Under the pieces are notes generated by a model. That model worked only from the letters and a program-made list of their open reading frames with translations, had not been told where the DNA came from and did not search any database. A stretch of DNA of 64,000 bases from a bacterium. Its GTDB lineage: Bacteria > JAAXHH01. The stretch is from positions 137,939 through 201,938 of the forward strand of contig CBDAUD010000002.1 of assembly GCA_965200485.1 (NCBI GenBank). Direction: 5' to 3'. This document shows positions 58,901 to 64,000 of this stretch, piece after piece. The first letter of the stretch is position 1, and each line of letters begins with the position of its first letter. A program made the translations under genes and the position numbers.

Positions 58901-60017
58901 GTGCTCTTCCCCGTTCTTCTGTTCTTCATAAGGATCTCGCACAGGCGCGCGGCCACGCGCGCGTCCTCGCCGGGCTCCATCATGTACGGCATGACGGAAA
59001 GGCCGTCGCCCCCGCCCATTTCGATTCGCGGCTCGCCTTCGGACAATTGCCGGACGACTTCGTCCGGGCCGATGCCGATCGACGAAGCATCCCACGAAAT
59101 ATGGAGTACCGGCGCCACGTTGGACCGGCCGGGTTGGCGAACGGACAGACGTATCGACGGCAGCTCGGCGATGGCGTCGCCTATGGTTTGCAGATATCCC
59201 TCCCAGGTCTCCCATTCCGCTTTGTGGTCCCGTTCCACCCATTGCTCCACGGCGGCGAGGAGCCCCATGATCTCTTCCTTGCCGGCCTTCATGGGGCGGG
59301 CGATGGCATGATGCGGCGCGCCGTTCATAAAGGCCGCCCAGAGCAGGTCGCGTCGACCCAGAACCAGGCCCGACGCCTGGGGTCCCCGTAGACATTTGCC
59401 TCCGCTGTAGGCCACGGCATCCACGCCGTCGGAGAGGTAGGGATTCGGTACGTCCGGTCTTTCCGCGGCGGCGTCCACGAAAACGGGCAGGCCGTGCGCA
59501 TGGGCGATCTCGACGATCTCGCCGACCGTCAACACGCCGTCGCCCGCCCGGTCGCCGAAAAGCGCAACCATGGCGGTGTTTTCGTTGAAGGCGGTCCGCA
59601 GGCTGTCGGGGTTGTCCTCGACCTCCACGAGGGAAACGCCCGTCATGCGGATCGCGTGGTCATAGACGTGGCGATGGCTCGCGAGGGTAACCACCTCGTT
59701 TTTCATGCCCGTGGTATCGGGCAGCCGGGCGATGAGATCCGGATCCGTTCCGGCTACGCAGGCGGCGGTCACCTGACAGAGCGCCGCGGCGCAACCGTTG
59801 GTCACGAGTCCGAATTCCACCTGCATGATCTCTCCGATTCGCCGGCCCGCCCCCTCCATCAGCTCTTCGATATGCACGTACCGCCTGGACGCTTCGTCCA
59901 TGGCGCGCCGGACTTCCGGCAGCATGACCGATCCGCTGTACATGGTCAGCGTGCCCTTGCAGTTTATGAGCGGACGCACGCCGACGGTGGTATAGGTTGG
60001 ATGATCCGGCGAAGACA
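58897..60017 (-). CDS. SelA-like PLP-dependent enzyme (L-seryl-tRNA(Sec) selenium transferase-related family), about 373 aa
   Basis: PLP-lysine block AVAYSGGKCLRGPQASGLVLG resembles the SelA FSGDKLLGGPQAG motif. GAGGA ribosome-binding site before the ATG at ~60016-60018 (start base +/-1). The upstream 440 codons of the 859-aa track ORF are antisense to the P450 gene and are rejected. Confidence 0.65.
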
Positions 60018-60216
60018 TGGGAGGTTCCTCGATTCTTGTAATCTCGGTTTTCGGTCGGATTGGAAGAAAATGCTTGATGCGATGGTTTTTTCTCGCATAG
60101 GTATAATAAGATAATAAGAAATTCCGTTGTGAAAACCACCATAAATGTTCTGTGAACGCGCCTTTCTGCAGGCCCGCCTTTCTGCCGACGAAGGTCGAAA
60201 GTCTATGAGGTGAATA

Positions 60217-62320
60217 ATGCAACAGATCACGTACGTTGAAGAACTGACGATTATGCTGATCGACGAAAACACCGGTAGGCTCTTGAACGTGCCGGACCGC
60301 ACCCTGGGCTACGTGCTGTCCGGGGCTGTTCTGTTGGACCTGGCACGCCTGAATCGAATCGACACCGACCCGGACTCGCTCATGCTGCTGGACGGTACCC
60401 CCGTTGGCGACGACCTGCTGGATCCCCTGCTGGCCGATATAGCCCAGGCGGGCGAGGCCAAATCGATCGAGCACTGGGTACGCCACGGCGCAGGAGAGCA
60501 TATCGACCATCTGATAGAGCAGGCGCTGGAGAGGCTGGTGGCGCGTGGCATCCTGGACACCGACGACGGCAGGGGATACTTTAGGCTTTCCCGCCAGGTG
60601 ATCAGGCGTCGCATGCACTACCCTCCCCTTCCGGCGGACGGAGCGGCGGAAGAAGGCGGCGCCGGGACGGCGCAAGAAGACGATGCCCGGCAGGAGGAAA
60701 TACGCACCCGGGTCATGCGCATTGTTCTGGACGACGAGCTGCCGGGTCCGGACGAGTTGCCCATCATCAGCCTGGCGGACGCCTGCGGCCTTTTTCAGCG
60801 GATCCTGCCGTCGGAGGATTACGACCGGCGCGTCAGGGAACGTATCGAAACGCTGGCCGCGATCGGACTGGTGGAGCGGACCGTAGCCGGCGTCGTCCGT
60901 CGAGTTTCCGCGTCCGAAGCCCTTGAGATGGGCGAGGCGGTCCGACGCCATGGCGGCACTTGGCCCAAAGTGCCGGGCCTCCCGTTTTTCGGCAACGCCT
61001 TCAGTATGAACCGCGACCTGCCGGGCTTCTTTTTGAAGCACTTCCGGGAGCTGGGGTCGGTTTACGAAATGAGCGCATTGGGCCGGAAATGGGTGGTTCT
61101 GGCCGGACCGGAAGCCAACAGGTTCATGACTCGGCAGGCCGCCAACCACTTGCGCACAGGGGACTTGTGGACCGGCTTCAATGAAGACATGGGCGCCCAC
61201 CAGAGCATGGTCAGTCTCGATGGCGCCCCGCATTCCAAGTTGCGACGGGCTTTGCAGTACGGTTATTCCGCGCAGTACGCGCGGACGCGGGTGCCCGACA
61301 TCGTCGAAGGGACGAAACGGCACTTGGACCGGCTGCCGACCGACACCCCCGTCACGGTCAACGAGATCAACAAATCGCTGGTCACGGACCTGCTCGGGAT
61401 ACTGACCGTCGGCATGTCTTCGGATTCGTATGTAAAAGATATCAACGGGTACATCACGACGCTGCTGTTGGTGCATGTGTTAAAGAAACTGCCGCCTGTG
61501 GTTCGGTTTTTACCTGGAACGCGTCGGCGTACGAGACGCATGGAGGAGATGTTCCGGAAAATCGTGGCGGGGCGGGAGCCGGGAAAACGCCAGGGATGCC
61601 CCCGCGATTTGGGCGACGACATATTCGAACTGCACGCCAACGACCCCCTTTTCTTGCCGGAAACCGACCTGTTTACGAATCTTATGGGACCCTATCTGGC
61701 AGGAATCGACACGGCGGCCAACACGCTGTCCCTGCTGCTCTATTCCCTTTTGAAGGATCCCGACACCATGGTGCGGTTGCAAAAGGAAGCAGACGATTTC
61801 TTCGCGGGGGGGGGAGCCGAACGCCGAGAGCTTCAAGAAACTGGTGGACACACGCAGCGCCCTGCTGGAAACGGTTCGGTTGTACGCCCTGATTCCGGCG
61901 CTGCCCCGGTATGTCGCCAACGGCTTCGAATTCGGCGGTCACTACATTCCCTCCGGCACGACGGTGATGTGGGCGATGTCCGTATCCCACCTGCTGGAAG
62001 AGCACTTCCCCAATCCGACGCATTTCGACATCGACCGCTATTCCCGGGACAAGGGCTACGGGTCGGGCGTGTTCGCGCCCTTCGGCCTGGGCCCCCACAG
62101 CTGCCTGGGTCAGGGTTTTGCCCAGCTCCTCATGGCCGTCGGCGCCGCCACCATGCTGCACCATATGGACTTCGAACTCGCTTCGCCCGATCCCGATAAG
62201 AAACTCAAAATGACCCATCACACCACCGCCAGGCCTGATGACAATTTCAAGGTCCGGATCTCGCCGCGTAATCAACACGCAGGTGCAAAGCCGGCGTATG
62301 CGGCGACGCCGGGAGCGTAA
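60217..62320 (+). CDS. GPP34 (GOLPH3-like) N-terminal domain fused to a cytochrome P450; reading frame interrupted by a +1 shift in a G10 homopolymer (61806-61815)
   Basis: N-terminal ..LGYVLSGAVLLDLARLNRID.. is a GPP34-like helical domain. The P450 starts near PKVPGLPFFGNAF, with I-helix AGIDTAANTLS. After the G10 run the P450 continues in another frame (ORF 61844..62320): K-helix ETVRLYALIP, then FAPFGLGPHSCLG heme-thiolate loop. Removing one G joins ..FFAGG-EPNAESFKKLVDTRSALLETVRL. Confidence 0.65.
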
Positions 62321-62352
62321 GCTTGACGACAGCAGGCGGACAATCCGCTAGA

Positions 62353-63552
62353 ATGTTCGATCTGGACGCGCTGCGCGCGGTTGCCATGATGCTGGGTCTG
62401 GTGGTGCACGCGGGCATCTTCGTGCTGCCGGACGCGTGGTTTCAGGACATGCTGCAGAAGGAAGTCCAGTCTCCGGACGAAATGACCCTTGTTGATGTCC
62501 TGGTGCCCCCGGCCACCTTCAACTACCATACGGTACAGGACAAATCCGTCGGCGAAGACCGGTTCTACGAAGTGGTGCTTGAACTGATCCACGGCTTCAG
62601 AATGCCAGTCTTCTTCTTGCTCAGCGGGTATTTCTCGGCCATGTTGTGGCAGCGGCGCGGCCTGCGCCCGCTGACGAAGTACCGCCTGAAGCGCGTGGGC
62701 GTGCCGTTCGCCGTCAGCTGCGTGACCATCTTGCCTGCCACGGTCTGGCTGCTAACCCAGGGCAGTCTGAACCAGCGGGATATCCCGCTGGCGGCCTTTC
62801 CCTTTATGTGGCTGTTCAGTCTGGCCCACCTGTGGTTTCTGTGGTATTTGCTTATCCTGGTCGGCGTCATGGTCTTCGCCGTCAAGCTGGGGGCGCGTTT
62901 CCGGCATCCCGCATACGGTTGGCTGACCATCCCGCTGGCCCTGGCGGGCGCGATGCTCATGAGCGAGTCGGTATTCGGCGCGGACGAGTCCGCCCCCACC
63001 CGCCTGGTTCCGAGTCCGGGCAACCTGCTCTACTTCGCCATGTTCTTCGCTTTCGGCGCATACATGTACCAGCGCCGCATCGCCGTCCGGGGCTGGTGGA
63101 TCGTCGCCTTGCCGGCGGCTGTGCCTTGCTACCTGCTCGCCATGCACTTTTTGGAGGGGTATATCGTCCAGGCCGGGGGAAATCCCGGTAACGCCTTTGT
63201 GTTCAGAGACGCGCTGACCGTCTACGCCGCCGTCTTCGAGACGGCCTTCGCCTGGCTGGCCGCCTTTGGGCTGATGGGGCTCTTTCGCATCATAGCCTCC
63301 AAAGAGCGGTTCTGGGTGCGGTACATGTCCGACGCATCCTACTGGATATACCTGATCCACTTCCCGCTGGTCGTCTTGTTTCAACTGTGGATCGTCGATT
63401 GGCCGATCCACTACCACCTGAAGTTTCTGCTGGTTTGCGCCGCGGTGAGTCTCGTCGCGCTGGTCACGTACCACTTCGCCGTCCGGTACACCTTCATCGG
63501 CGCAACACTCAACGGTCCCCGTTCCCCGCGCCAACGACCGGACACCGGGTGA
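62353..63552 (+). CDS. Acyltransferase family 3 membrane protein (OafA/OpgC-like)
   Basis: MFDLDALRAVAMMLGLVVHA.. N-terminal signature of Acyl_transf_3, about 10 transmembrane helices. ATG at 62353; the track ORF starts with TTG at 62323. Confidence 0.75.
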   Translation: MFDLDALRAVAMMLGLVVHAGIFVLPDAWFQDMLQKEVQSPDEMTLVDVLVPPATFNYHTVQDKSVGEDRFYEVVLELIHGFRMPVFFLLSGYFSAMLWQRRGLRPLTKYRLKRVGVPFAVSCVTILPATVWLLTQGSLNQRDIPLAAFPFMWLFSLAHLWFLWYLLILVGVMVFAVKLGARFRHPAYGWLTIPLALAGAMLMSESVFGADESAPTRLVPSPGNLLYFAMFFAFGAYMYQRRIAVRGWWIVALPAAVPCYLLAMHFLEGYIVQAGGNPGNAFVFRDALTVYAAVFETAFAWLAAFGLMGLFRIIASKERFWVRYMSDASYWIYLIHFPLVVLFQLWIVDWPIHYHLKFLLVCAAVSLVALVTYHFAVRYTFIGATLNGPRSPRQRPDTG

Positions 63553-63712
63553 CCCGCATCACGTAATTCCGTGACAATTTGCCCGATTGGCCTTACTCTA
63601 TCCGCATGGAGCCAGCGTCTGCAAACCGGGATCCGAGAAGCCGGAGTCCGCGTATTTGGACTCCATTCGGCATGAATCGGACTTCGTCCCGCTCATTTTC
63701 AGGGTCAGGCGC

Positions 63713-63753
63713 AAAGGGGAATCACGCACTGAGGGGAATCACGCACAAAGGGG
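63713..63753. repeat. Direct repeat, 2 copies of about 15 bp (AGGGGAATCACGCAC) plus a partial third (AAAGGGG)
   Basis: aaaggggaatcacgcac tg aggggaatcacgcac aaagggg, 10 bp upstream of the MBL gene start. Candidate operator or regulatory repeat. Confidence 0.6.
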
Positions 63754-63761
63754 TAGGGAAC

Positions 63762-64000
63762 ATGAAACGAACACTCGGATGTTTTTCGGCGCTGCTTGCG
63801 GTTCTGGCGGTGTCCGGACAGGCCGATGCGCAGCGGAACTGGGACGATGTCGTCGTCGAAGCCCACCCTGTTGCCGGAAACATTCACATGCTGACCGGCA
63901 GCGGGGGCAATATCGGGGTGTCGGTTGGAGACGACGGCGTGCTGATCGTGGACGATCAATATGCGCCCCTGGCCGACAAGATAAAGGCCGTCCTCCGCAG
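63762..64000 (+). CDS. Metallo-beta-lactamase-fold protein (subclass B3-like), secreted; 3' end off-window
   Basis: Signal peptide MKRTLGCFSALLAVLAVSGQADA, then ..VAGNIHMLTGSGGNIGVSVGDDGVLIVD.., the typical MBL N-terminal beta-sheet. Confidence 0.65.
   Translation, partial: MKRTLGCFSALLAVLAVSGQADAQRNWDDVVVEAHPVAGNIHMLTGSGGNIGVSVGDDGVLIVDDQYAPLADKIKAVLR

Noticed and set aside
60018-61476. N-terminal ~440 codons of the 859-aa minus-strand ORF 58897..61476.
   Set aside because: Only the C-terminal ~373 aa (from MSSPDHPTYTT, with a ribosome-binding site) form the SelA-like protein. The remainder is antisense to the GPP34-P450 gene and has junk composition.

Overview
The window is a gene-dense chromosomal segment (about 58 protein genes plus one tRNA) from a high-GC (roughly 65%) diderm bacterium. 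Evidence for a diderm envelope: lipoprotein lipoboxes, outer-membrane beta-barrels ending in an aromatic C-terminal residue, and signal peptidase I. Housekeeping content includes mutL, lepB, ctaA (heme A synthase), tRNA-Trp, a LysRS/EpmA-like class II synthetase, a BI-1/YccA protein and GroES-like, ClC and sodium:solute symporter genes. The metabolic content is catabolic and tailoring-heavy: five enolase-superfamily enzymes, two PhyH dioxygenases, two Gfo/Idh/MocA oxidoreductases, a sulfatase, an aldo/keto reductase, SDRs, two membrane His-box desaturases, a diiron ferritin-like oxygenase, cupins, a CoA transferase and two aminotransferases. No CRISPR, integrase, transposase or rRNA was seen. 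The best candidate for an undescribed system is a tight two-gene cassette at 542-2456: an AAA_15/AAA_21 ABC-type ATPase with no nuclease domain, followed 10 bp later by a protein with an IMP-cyclohydrolase (PurO-like) fold. A decayed, frameshifted orphan paralog of the same ATPase lies at 43258-44531. Other notable items: a GPP34(GOLPH3-like)-cytochrome P450 fusion gene interrupted by a G10 homopolymer frameshift and divergently paired with a SelA-like PLP enzyme plus YkoF-like operon; a tandem pair of porin-like paralogs carrying an Asp/His-rich DDHDDHHHG loop; an oxidative tailoring cassette (diiron oxygenase, cupin, desaturase, CDO-like cupin); and a five-gene PhyH-sulfatase-hydrolase-desaturase-enolase operon. 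All calls come from reading the translated ORFs and DNA by eye; no database search was run. Manually derived coordinates may be off by 1-2 nt.
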